Shown here piece by piece: positions 38,487 to 50,000 of a DNA stretch of 56,666 nt. Origin of the DNA: Octopus sinensis (lineage: Eukaryota); assembly GCF_006345805.1 (NCBI RefSeq), contig NW_021833671.1:1-56666 (forward strand), written 5' to 3'. Under the pieces are notes generated by a model, which saw nothing but the letters and a program-made list of their open reading frames with translations, was not told the origin of the DNA and did not search any database. The position numbers and the translations under genes were made by a program. The first letter of the stretch is position 1; each line of letters begins with the position of its first letter.

Positions 38487-38668
38487 GAGGTGGTGAGCTG
38501 GTACAATCATCAGCAAATTGGGTGAAATGTTTAGCTGCATTTCATCAGTCTGAGTTGCACCTTTTCAGGGTCTACAAAATGAGAACCAGTTGAAAACTGG
38601 AGTCAATAAAATCAACTTTTGGTGCCTCTTGAAATTGATGGCCCTGTGCCAAAATTTCCAACCGATAT
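38487..38668 (+). mobile_element. SINE remnant (12646 family)
   Basis: GGTGGTGAGCTGG..AATCATCAGC head; GAAATTGATGGCCCTGTGCCAAAATTT end. Confidence 0.6.
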
Positions 38669-38771
38669 TACTGTCTATATGGAATAAAGTGGTTCTTTAA
38701 ATACAGAGAAGAACGTTTGATTAAAAATTAGAAATAAAACAAAGCGCATAAAGAATTTTGTTTATTTTCAG

Positions 38772-38908
38772 ACACTGCATCGTCAAACGTATCCCTTCCT
38801 GGCTCACAACAGGAACCATCCTCTATGACACCCAGAACTAATGAGACATCCAGAGAATATGATGACATTGAAATAAACCTAACAATTGGTTCAATTTCTA
38901 ATGTATCT
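38772..38908 (+). CDS. PARP14: PARP14-like exon: linker plus start of macrodomain 2
   Basis: TTTTCAG acceptor; TASSNVSLPGSQQEPSSMTPRTNETSREYDDIEINLTIGSISNVS; GTGAGT donor; phase 1 to phase 0. Confidence 0.75.
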
Positions 38909-39189
38909 GTGAGTAAAAAGATTCATGTAACTTATTTATATTTAATTGTTATTTCATTTCCAAATGAGAAATCATTACAGTTAATTAAAACATTTTCTCA
39001 ATCTAACTCAAACATTTTATTTCCTTCACATCTGATATCTTGAGTATATCTTTTGCTAACTTTGACAACCTCAAACTTACTACAGCCATTCTGTAGAGCC
39101 TTTCTTAACAACAATATCAACTGCAACATTGTATCTCTTTTCTCTCCATGGACTGTTCCTTAGTTGTTTACCATTAATTACTTTTGTAG

Positions 39190-39417
39190 GTTGATGTCAT
39201 CGTTAACAGCACCAATGAAGAACTCCAGCTTGACAGTGGTGCTATCTCCAAATATATTCTCTTTGCTGCTGGTCCACAGATACAAGATGAATGTAGCCAG
39301 AAATATCCTCAAGGTATTTCTACATCTAAAATATCCATCACTAAAGGATATAACCTCAAATGTAAGAATGTATTTCATCTGGCATTACCTCCCTGGGATG
39401 AAAATTCCTCTGATTCA
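39190..39417 (+). CDS. PARP14: PARP14-like exon: macrodomain 2 core
   Basis: TTTTGTAG acceptor; VDVIVNSTNEELQLDSGAISKYILFAAGPQIQDEC..ITKGYNLKCKNVFHLALPPW; GTAAGT donor; 228 nt, phase 0/0; missed by the ORF track. Confidence 0.9.
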
Positions 39418-40027
39418 GTAAGTATCAATCATATGATATTGATTTATTGAAACAGTTAATGTTTGAAGAGAACCTTATGCATGTTGTGTGAGAATCATAA
39501 AGCAAATGTCAGCATCCTGTTTAATATTTGTTCTTCCAAGTTACCATTGGAAGGAAGCAGAAGATATCGATGAACAGGACACTTTTATATATAAATAGAA
39601 GGAAAAAAGCCTCATGGCCTAACAACAGTTATTTGACTGATAAATAAGACTATATTAAAACATATTTCTCTGTTTTACTGTCTGTATTGGTGAGTTTTTC
39701 TCTGTCATGGCACGAGCACTAGAGAGGTTGTCATGTCCTCGACAACACTAAAGACTCCTCTTGGGTCTGCATTGTCTCTCTTCATTCACCAACCATTTTA
39801 CATGGTGGATTGGGTCTGTTTTATTGTAGCAGCATCATGAGTGAGGTTGCCTTGTCCCTTGCAGGACTAAAGAGTGATAGGAATGACAGTTGTGTTTAGA
39901 AGTGGTAGGAGTGAGAGGAGTTGTGAGAGGAGGATATATTTATTACAACTTAATGGTTTCTTCCTGTAATAAGAAAATAATTTAATAAAATGTTCATTAT
40001 CAATTACTAAACAATTAATTTTTTTAG

Positions 40028-40252
40028 ATTCTGGCAAACTTGACTCAAATAATAACCATTTGTCTGGAAGAAGCTGAGAGAATGGGTGCAAAAAGCCTGG
40101 CATTTCCTATATTAGGGGCTGAAATGAAATACCCCATTGAAAAATTACCTGGAATTATGTATGAAGCAGTGAAAAACTATGCAGATCTAAATTCAAGCCA
40201 GATCAAAGATCTTTACTTTGTGATTTGTCCTCAAGACACAGAAATAGCAAAG
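40028..40252 (+). CDS. PARP14: PARP14-like exon: macrodomain 2 C-half
   Basis: TTTTTAG acceptor; ILANLTQIITICLEEAERMGAKSLAFPILGAEMKYP..IKDLYFVICPQD; GTTGGT donor; 225 nt, phase 0/0. Confidence 0.88.
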
Positions 40253-40282
40253 GTTGGTTGATGTTTTTGTTGTTTGTTGTTT

Positions 40283-41605
40283 GATGTTCATCATCATCAT
40301 TTAACATCCACTTTCCATACTGGCATGGGTTGGACGGTTTGATTGAGGGCAGGCAAGCCAGAAGGCTGCACCAGGCTTCAATCCAATCTGGCAATGTTTC
40401 TACAGCTGGATGCCGTTCCTAATGCCAACCACTCCGACAATGTAGTGGGTGCTTTTCAAATGCCACCAGCACAAGGGCCAGTGAAGTGGTACTGGCTTTA
40501 ACCATGCTCAAATGATGCTTTTTACATGCCACTGGCACAGGAACCAGTCAGGTGGCACTGGCAACAATCACGCTTGAATGGTGCTTTTAATGTACCACAG
40601 GCATGGGTGCCAATCAGGAAGTACTGTTATTGGCCACGACAATGACTTCACTTGTCTCAACAGGTCTTTGCAAGTGCAGTTTATTGCCCAATGATTGAAG
40701 GGTACTCTTAAATGGGCTGGTTATGCTACACTGGCAGATGCCATGGGTTATGATCTCACTTGGCTTGCCGGGTCTTCTCAAGCACAGCATATCTCCAAAA
40801 GTCTCGGTCACTTATCATTGCCTCAGTAAAACCCAATGTTCGAAGGTCGTGCTTCATCACCTCATCCCAGGTCTTCCCTCTACTGCCAGGTTCTCTCTGC
40901 TGCTAGGGTATGACACTTTTTCACACAGCTGTACAGCAGCTGTCCTCATCCTTACTCACCACATAACCATACCAGTGCTGTCATCTCTCTTGCACATCAC
41001 ATCTGATGCTTCTTAAATCCAACTTTTCTTTCAGGGCGCTTACACTCTGTTGTGTATGCACACTGACATTACACATCCAGTGAATCATACTGGCTTCATT
41101 CCTTGCAAGCTTACGCATATCCTCAACAGCCATGGCCCATGTTTCGCTACCATGCAGCATGGCTGTTCGTACACATGCGTCATGCAGTCTACCTTTACCT
41201 CCGAGCGAGAGGCCCTTTGCCACCAGCAGAGGTAAGAGCTCTCTGAACTTCGCCCAAGCTGTTCTTATTCTAGCCGCTACACTTTCAGCACACCCTCCCC
41301 CACTACTGACTTGGTCACCTAGGTAACAGAAGCTATCAACTACTTCTAGTTTTTCTGCCTGGAATGTGACAGAAGCTATTTTCTGCACATTTACTGTGTT
41401 TATTGCCACACACAAAATCTATCTTCCTAGTTTGCCTTCCTTTGATATTGCTGCACCTCTTATGCATCCATAGCTTACACTGGGTACATCTTACAGAGTT
41501 TCTACCTACACCTTTTCTACACATCAAGCAGGGCCATCTAGCTGAAGTAATTTGTGATTTGTCTGACTTCCTATTTACTAGGACTTTGGTTTTTGCTAGG
41601 TTGAT
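40283..41605 (-). mobile_element. RTE LINE 3' fragment
   Basis: VDSFCYLGD..RIRTAWAKFREL..MLHGSETW..WMCNVS plus tail and (GAT)n. Confidence 0.88.
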
Positions 41606-41850
41606 TCAAATTCGATGACTGGCGTCCGTGCTGGCAGGGTGCAAAGAGCACCATACGAGTATGATCATTGACAAAGCAGGTAACCGGCTTCCGTGCCAGT
41701 GGCACTTAAAGGGCACCATTCGAGCGTGATCGTTACCAGCGTCGCCTTACTGGCACTGCCCGTGCTAGTAGGGTGCTAAGAGCACCATCCGAGTGTGGTC
41801 GTTGTCAGAGCAGCCAATTGTCACCTGTGCTGGTGGCATGTGTAAATGGA
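41606..41850 (+). mobile_element. RTE-type 3'UTR repeat fragment (another subfamily)
   Basis: three to four diverged units of GTGCCAGTGGCAC..AGCACCAT..CGAGCGTGATCGTT. Confidence 0.5.
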
Positions 41851-42049
41851 TTCATGCGAGCTGAAGACAGCCTTTTAAAATTTGGAAATTTCACCACAGA
41901 GGGATAATTTCCTATGAAAATATTCAGCAATCCTGAATGTGTAAGTTGTTAGACAACTTTTGCATAAAAAATATTTTACAATACAAACTTTTTAAAGCAC
42001 TAAATAGCCAACTTACGTGTAGCCAATTTCACTAATGTCTGTCCATCAG

Positions 42050-42078
42050 CTAGATAGATAGATTAGATAGATAGATAA

Positions 42079-42111
<33 letters not shown>

Positions 42112-42112
42112 T
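42050..42112. repeat. (GATA)n(GACA)n microsatellite
   Basis: direct inspection. Confidence 0.9.
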
Positions 42113-45100
42113 ATCTTTTTATTATGGCCACACAGGGCTAAACACAGAATGTGGACAAAATACAATGTAGAGTTTTTCTTTTCAAGGTGGAGTGGGTGGG
42201 ACACACAAAGTAAAAGTCAAATCAATAGGGATTGAAATCTTTGGTCTGTGTGGTGTACAAAAAAATATAAAGTTCCCCCAAAAAGGAGAATAGATATTGT
42301 TCACAGTTTAGGTGTATCCTTGGAGAGAAAAACCTACAAAAATGACCGAGGTCACCTCAGGCAGCTTATAAAAAGTACAAGAAAGCAAGTACTTTTTCTC
42401 TCTTTTTGTGATACGTTTATGCTTAAAATGGTATTGTCTTTCGTACTTACTATTCTTGCCACATTTACCCATTTTTTATTGAAACATTCATTTGATAACA
42501 CTTTCCTCTCTATTCTCATCCTCCTTTTCAAGTGGTACTTGAAAACGTTTATGAGAGACTGGCCAGAGAGGAAAGTGTTTGTTTGTAAACCTTTTAAACG
42601 CGCCCACCACCTGCATTCTTTTGCCATAGCTACAGTGTTTCGAAAACTATTTTTCCTTCCTGTTTAAAGGAAGGTGGCAGGATAATATTCATGATTGATT
42701 CGGTTGATGGCCCATCCCATACATGACAACAACCATTCAGTGAAGGTCCACAGCTCTGAAATAGCTGGACACTGTGCGAGTGAGTGCAGAACAGTTTCAT
42801 CACTCTGACCGCATCTCGGGCAGGTCGGTCCTTGTGGTTTTCGAACCATGTTTGTAGATCTTCTCTCGAACTGGTAGTGCATCCTGATAGCATTGCCAAG
42901 TCAGGGATCTCTGGAAGTTATCCATAGGTCTCGGTCCAAATGTCGTCCTGAGAAGGCGGGTTAGGAATTTCTTGTCGACACCCAGGTTTGTACCAAGAGT
43001 AGTTCTCTATAGAATGCATTGGTCGTTTCGAAGCTGCACAAGTTTGATCGCAGACGGTAGAGCTGCTGTAGAGCTTGGCACTACTCGCAGTGCCATTCAC
43101 CTAATTTCAGTCTCTTTTTCATCCATGTTTGCAGTCCAGTGAGTGAGACGAGTTGCAAGAAGGCACGCCTCACAAATGGCACCCACACCTGTTCACTGTC
43201 ATCAATGAAGTTCCAGAGATGCCGCAGTGTCAGCGCATGTCTGCGCATCATCATCTATGGCATCCCCAGTCCCCCATTTAACGGATGTTGACAGCAAATA
43301 GATCGCCTCACCATCGGAATGCTACCCTTCCACAGAAATCAAAAGAGTATGCGTTCTAGTTTCATGACGGTCAGGCGATAATCGATGACTGAGGCAATTT
43401 GCCACCTCCGCCCGATCTTTTAGAGATAGCTTTCTCACAGCCCATGTTTGGCTGAGAGTGACCACTCTACTCGTGATCTCATCCCAGCAGTTCTTATCCA
43501 TTTGGTGATCCGGACCGAACCAGACCCCAAGCAATTCAACTGGTCCGTTCATCCAGCATCCCCCTACAGAGTCACTCTTGGACAGTATGGGCTTCCTTCT
43601 CCAGTTGCCGAGTAGCAAGCCCACTGACTTTTCCGGGTTATTTTTTGCTCCCATCACCGTTTCGCCTAGCAGCTCGATGCGCTTTTGGCTCAACACTATG
43701 ACAATGGCATCAACTGCATATGCCGACATGCTCATCCTGCAACACAACTCTCGTGGAATACCCCTCAGTGTCGCTAGCTTCCACAATAGTGGCTCGAGAA
43801 CCAATACATAGAGAAGTGCCAATAGGGGACATCCCTGACGGGCAAAATGCATGATGTCAAAAGGTTTTGAAAGGTGACCGTTTACCTGAATTATCAATGG
43901 ATGCCGCTATACAAGGCAGTGATCCAACTGCAGAAGACGGGACCAAAGCCAGCTGCTCTGAGAACAGCTTCTAGGTATTGGTGGTCGACCCTATCGAAAG
44001 CTTTAGATTGATCCAAATTGATCAGCGCCCCACCCATACCAGGATCCTTAATTACCCTGTCCATGATGTAGTGCATGAGGTGGAGGTTGTCATGGATGGT
44101 TCTGCCCAGCACGGTGCATGTTTGTGCCCTGTTGACCAGTTTATCGATGACAAGCAACAACCTCTCGGCTATTACTTTGGCCAAAATTTTCAATGCGTTG
44201 AGCAGACTGATGGGCCTGAAATTATCTATAAAATTCCCCTTGTTTATGTCTTTCTTCAGTAATGTCACTGCACCTCGGCTCACGAAACTGGGGATTCTTC
44301 CGTTTTGTTGCCAGTTGCAGAAGACTGATGCCATGAGGTCACCAAATAAGTCTGGCATTTGACAATACAGCTTGTAGGGTAGACTGTCCAATCCAGGCAA
44401 CTTATCTCTTGCACAACCCACCATCGCATCAGTAGCTGTGATGAGACCCTCACAACACTCAGCTTCTCTTGCCGAGAGCCGCCGCAGGCTGGTCAGGTAG
44501 GCACTGAATTCCATCCTGCATTCCGACCCACCACTCACCAAATAGTCGAGCAAGGTGATGTTGAAAGGCCTCACACATCCTTTCAGGTTCAAGTAAATTG
44601 CATCCCCATTGATCTATTAGAGACCAAATGGTGGCTTTGTTGCCACGTTGCACCTCTGCTACACGGGCTTCTTCAACAGCTTCAATCCCTTCATTTTTTA
44701 AGGCACACATTTTAGATCTGATGACCCAACCTTCGTGTTTGGTGTTGAGCTGTTGGTCGAGGGCCAACTTTGCAGCCAATATGTTGGTTGTGTTGCGAGT
44801 TGAAAGTGCCTCTTCTAGTTTCTTAACTAAGTCTCCCTCTACTCTATTTCGATCTATGGCTAATTCTTTGCTAAACCTGATTTAATTGCCGTTTTTAGGG
44901 CAAACCACCAGAGGTTGTTAATAATGGCTCCTGTTAATGCCCTCTTAATTAACTTGCTAATCCAGTTCCTGTAAATCTGCAGCACTTAGAGTGACGCGTT
45001 CAGTTTCCAGTAACCAGGACCCTGCCTATGAGTCTTATCTAAGTTGTGCGTACACATCACAAATTTGTGATCTTTGTAGCTGACTATTTTAAATTGTGGA

Positions 45101-46620
45101 CATCCTACGCTCTCTCTATCTGCTGTTCTACATAGAACTCTATCTAAGTACGATCTCGACAATCCGATGCGGTTTGTCCAAGTCCACATTGGCATATTCG
45201 GATGGTCAAGTCGGAACCTGTCAGACAGATGAAAATGTCTGAGCAGGTCTTTGAGGCACTTACATCCCCTTCTATTCCTATCCATTCCTACAAAGTCTAG
45301 ATGCATGTCCAAGGTAGCGTTCCAGTCCCCTACTAACAGTAAAGGTTGAGACATTCCCAGGAAAACCTCTAGACGTCTGAAGAAATCCGCCCGACCCGTT
45401 AAGGACAGTGCATACACTGCCATCAGATGGAAAGCACACTCATTTCTGCCATCGACGTCCAAGACAACCAGCCTACCCTCCGGGTCTAGGAATATTGACC
45501 TTACTTTTATGCTTAGACTCTTCTGAAAAAGCACTGTGGTACAACCACCACCCATGTTTGGCCGAGAGGGAGAAAAATAAATGTTGAATTGTCCATCAAA
45601 CATGGACGAGAGGGCCCTCAGGTTACTGAGTCTGGTTTCACTGATAGCTACTATATCAATGTTCAGTGACTTGATGTTATTTAGAAGATAACCTTGTTTC
45701 CAAGCTGATGCAAAGCCATATACATTTACACAACCTAATTTAAGCATAATTTAGTCAAAAGTTGTGTTTTATACACAATAGTAAAGAGATGAGAGAGAAG
45801 GTTACATACTCATTTTGAAAGTTTTACATTCCTCCTCCTTTGAAGTGTCTTGGAGGAGGTTTTTTAAATAATTTTTTGGATAAAAAGTTTTGGAATCCTC
45901 AATAATGTTAGTTAATGGTGTAGTGGCATTGCTTGGAGTATTTGGCTTAGCAACCATGGTGCTCTTTTTGTTGTTGGTGGTGGTGGTAATGTTTGTAGTG
46001 GTGATAGTAGAAACAGTGGATGGTATATTTTTATTAATAGTATTAATATCTTCACCAGTAATAGGTGAGATAATCAGTTTATGGGAATCAATAGGCACAA
46101 TTGTAGTGATAGTATTGTTGTTGTTGTTGTTGCTGTAACAGTGCTTACTTTAGCGTGTGTGTGTGAAAGATTCGTTCTTTTTTTCTTTCATCATTCCCAG
46201 GCTAGGAAAATGTTCATTCATGAAGGATACCAACCAGCGCTCCACAATCAAATTTCTCAACATTTTCAAAATCAAGAAAGAAGATCGGATATTAAAGTAG
46301 TGCTGAAACTGCCCCTAGGGGCCAATTCTACCCTTAAAAATACCCAAATAAAAGCTGGGTGCTTCACACACCTCCAATGCAATAATGTAAACAAAGCTTG
46401 TTCAATGAAAAATGCAGACGACACGAAAATATCACATGACATAGATTTCTCGACATTTATAAAACTTGAGAAAGCAAATTAGATATTAAAATAGGGCTGA
46501 AATTGCCCCTAGGGGAAAATTTCCCCTTGGAAACACACCCAGATGAAAGCTGGGTGCCTTACACATCTCGTGTACGGAAATGTAAACAAAACTTATTCAA
46601 TAAACAGTAGAAAAAAGCGA
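42113..46620 (-). mobile_element. Tx1/L1-clade LINE copy 1, degenerate
   Basis: APE (CVNV..ISETR, VGDWN, SYLDRV, DH, GPGYWKLNASL); RT (NFRPISLLN, LDQSKAFDRVDH, RQGCPL); C-terminal CPRC..E..H; partial ORF1. Confidence 0.9.
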
Positions 46621-46626
46621 TTACCT

Positions 46627-46903
46627 TGTAGCATAGCTCAGTGATATCCTCACTGTTTGAGAGAAATCATAGAAATGATGTCGTGTTAGATAGCAGCCAG
46701 GCAATGGCTGCTTGGGACTGTTTGTGTCCGCTGCTCTAATTGGTTGACTTACACACTGGCGCGAAATCAAACTTCACCAAAACCAACCAATCAGGGAAGC
46801 GGACACAACTGGTCCCAAGCAGCCGTAGGATGGCTGCTATCTAACACAACATCATTTCTATGATTTCTCTCAAACAGTGAGGATATCACAGAGCTACACT
46901 ACA
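46627..46903. mobile_element. 277-bp fold-back element, TGTAG..CTACA ends, 4-bp TSD ACCT
   Basis: ~120-bp inverted arms; ACCT at 46623-26 and 46904-07; arms homologous to 49621-49787. Confidence 0.85.
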
Positions 46904-46929
46904 ACCTTAAAAGCTGATACAACAACACA

Positions 46930-47052
46930 TAGATGGATGAATGGATGGATGGACAGACAGACGGAAAGACGGACAGACAGACAGACAGACAAATAGCTAG
47001 ACTGATAGATAGATAGATAGATAGATAGACAGACAGACAAATAGATAGACAA

Positions 47053-47090
<38 letters not shown>

Positions 47091-47092
47091 GG
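46930..47092. repeat. (GGAT)/(GACA)/(GATA)n microsatellite
   Basis: direct inspection. Confidence 0.9.
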
Positions 47093-50000
47093 ATTCAATT
47101 GGCCAAACAGGGCTCAACACAGAGGAAACAATACAATGTAGAATTTTTCTTTTGCGAAATTGATGAAAAGAGACTGAAAAAAGAACACATTTGGGGGTAT
47201 GTGCACAAATAGATAACAAGGTGGCATCTTTTCTTAACAATTTGAATTCCCAACAGGGGGACTACAGTTATCCATGGAAAGAAAATCCTATGAAAAATAA
47301 CCATGGTAACCTCAGCAAAAGGAAAATTTCTATGAGAGCAAATTGCCCTCTCTCTCTCTTTGTTTTACAAGTTAAGGCTCAAACTGGTTGGTTCCGTCAT
47401 TCATGCGTACCTTTTTGCTACATTCACCCACCTTTTATTAAATCTTTCATTAGACAAATTTCCCTCTCTACTCTTACTTTCCTTTTTTTTCAACTAATAC
47501 CTGAAACAGTTGATGAGAGATTGGCCAGAGAGGAAAGTGTTTGTTTCTAAACCTTTCAAACGAGTCCACCACACACATTCTTTCACCATAGCCACCAATA
47601 CGATGAAAACTGCCTTGCCCACCCAGTTAAAGAAAGGTGGCAGAGCAATATTCAGGATAGACTCAGCTGACAAATATGTGGACACTGTATGAGTGTGTTC
47701 AGAACAGTTTCATCATTCTGACCGCATCTCAGGCAGGTCAGTTCGGTGTTTCTTGAACCGTGTCTGTAGACCTTCTCTCAAACAAGCAATGCTTCCTGGT
47801 AGCACTGCCAGGCCAACAATCTCTGGAAATTGTCCATAGGTCCTGGCCTGAAAGTGGTCCTGAAGAAACAGGTCAGGTGTTCCCTGTCGATGTCCAGATT
47901 CTCCCCAAGCACATCATAGTACCTCCCCTCCACTAGTCCTCTAAAGAACACCTGAGTGGATTTGAAGTTATTTATACCTGAACCTGGACAGCAAAGCTGT
48001 TCCGGAGCTAGGTGACACCCACGATGCCATTTGCCCAGTCTCAGTTTCTGCTTGATCAATGATGAAAGAGACGAGCTGCAGGAAGATATGTCTCACAAAC
48101 GGTGACCACACCTGGTCACCATTGTCAATTAAACACTGGAAATGTTGCAGTTTCAGCACATGTCTGTACATTATTAACCATGGCATACCCAGCTCTCCAT
48201 TTAGCAGGTGCTGACAGTAAATGGATCACTTGACCATAGAAACATTTCCCTTCCGCAGAAAGTGGAAGAGTATACATTCCATTTTCATGCTGGTAGCATC
48301 AGGACAAGGTAAGATGGTCAGACAGCAGTAGATGACTGATGTGATGTACACATTTTCCTCCTCAGCCCGACCTTTTAGAGATAGCTTCATCTCAGCCCAT
48401 AGCTGGGTGAGATCGACCACTCTTCTCATTATCTCATCCCAGTTCTCCATTTGAAGTTCAGGACCAAACCAAACACCAAGCAATTTAACTGGTTCATCAG
48501 TCAAGCGTCTCATGGTGAAGACACTGCTGGATGGCAATGGTTTGCTTCTCCAGGTGCTGAGACCCAAACCCACTGACTTAACCTGGTTAATTGTATCTCC
48601 TATTACTGATTCGTACTCCCTTAGTGTCTCGCCAACCAAGTCAATAGGTCTAAGGCTTGACAGTATTGACAGTGACATCATCTACATATGCAAACATACT
48701 CATCCTGCATCCCAGTTCTCGTGGGATGCCCTTCAGTATCACCAGCTTCCACAGTAGTGGCTCAAGAGTCAATACATACAGAAGTGACAAGAGGGGACAT
48801 CCCTGATAAACCGAAAACATAATGTCAAAGGGTTTGGACAGATGGCCATTCACTTGAACTACTGAGTGGATGCCGCTGTATAAAGCAGCAATCTAACCAC
48901 GGATGACAGAACTGAAACCAGCTGCCTTGAGAACAGCCACCAAGTATCAATGGCTGAGCCTATTGAAAACTTTTGATTGATCCAAATTGATCAGTGCCCC
49001 ACCCATGCCAGTTTCCATAACTACCCTGTCTGTGATGTAGCGCACGAGTGGAGGTTATCATGGATGCTTTTGCCTGGCATGGTGCATGTTTGTGCCTTGT
49101 TGACCAGTTTCTCAATGACAAATGCCAACCTCTTGGCTTGCACTTTGGCCAAAATTTTCAAATCTGCATTGAACAGAGTGATGGACCTGAAATTATGTAT
49201 AACATCCCCCTTGTTTGGGTCTTTCTTTAGCAGTGTCACTGCTCCTCAGTTCACAAAACTCAGGGTACTCCCATTTTGCTGCCAATTGCAGTAGAGATCC
49301 CCAAACAAGTCTGGCATATGACAATAAAGAATGTAGTGACAACCATACGTAAAGGAGATGGTGACAGAAATGTCTCTTTTTAAATGATGCACGGTCACCT
49401 TAAAGGCGACGGTGGTGGAAAACCTCCTGAGATACTGCATGTTGGTGTCATCACAAGAACGTGGCTGAAGTCGCTGGAACTGGTTGAGTCGTGGGAACTG
49501 GCTGGTCTGGTTGTAGTCAGTGGTTGAAGACCAAAGACGAGATATAGTGAATTGATGACGTCTTTTAAAGCAAGAGTGAAAACCCAAAAGACTGTGTCAT
49601 GGGACCCTATCCAAAGGCCGTGATTGGTTGGTTTACACACTGGCACGAAATAAGACTGCATCAAAACCAACCAATCAGGGCAGTGGACACAACCAGTTCC
49701 ATGTAGCCGTAGGCTGGCTGCTATCTAACACGACATCATTTCTATGATCTCTCTCAAACAGTGAGGATATCACCGAGCCATGCTACAAGCATGTAGGGCA
49801 GACCACCCAAGCCCACCAACATGTCTCTCACGCAGCCTGCCATCAAATTCTGTACATCAGCAGCTGTGATGAAACCTTCACAACACTCTGCTTCTCTTTC
49901 CGAGAGTTGTGGCAGGACATGCAGATAGGCACTAAAGTCTATACTGTGTTATGACTCACCACATATCCCAAACAGTCAGGTAAAGTACTGCTGAAAGGCA

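Noticed and set aside
46811-46822. Twister-like GGTCCCAAGC
   Set aside because: The other twister elements and pseudoknot partners are absent, and the homologous site at ~49695 differs
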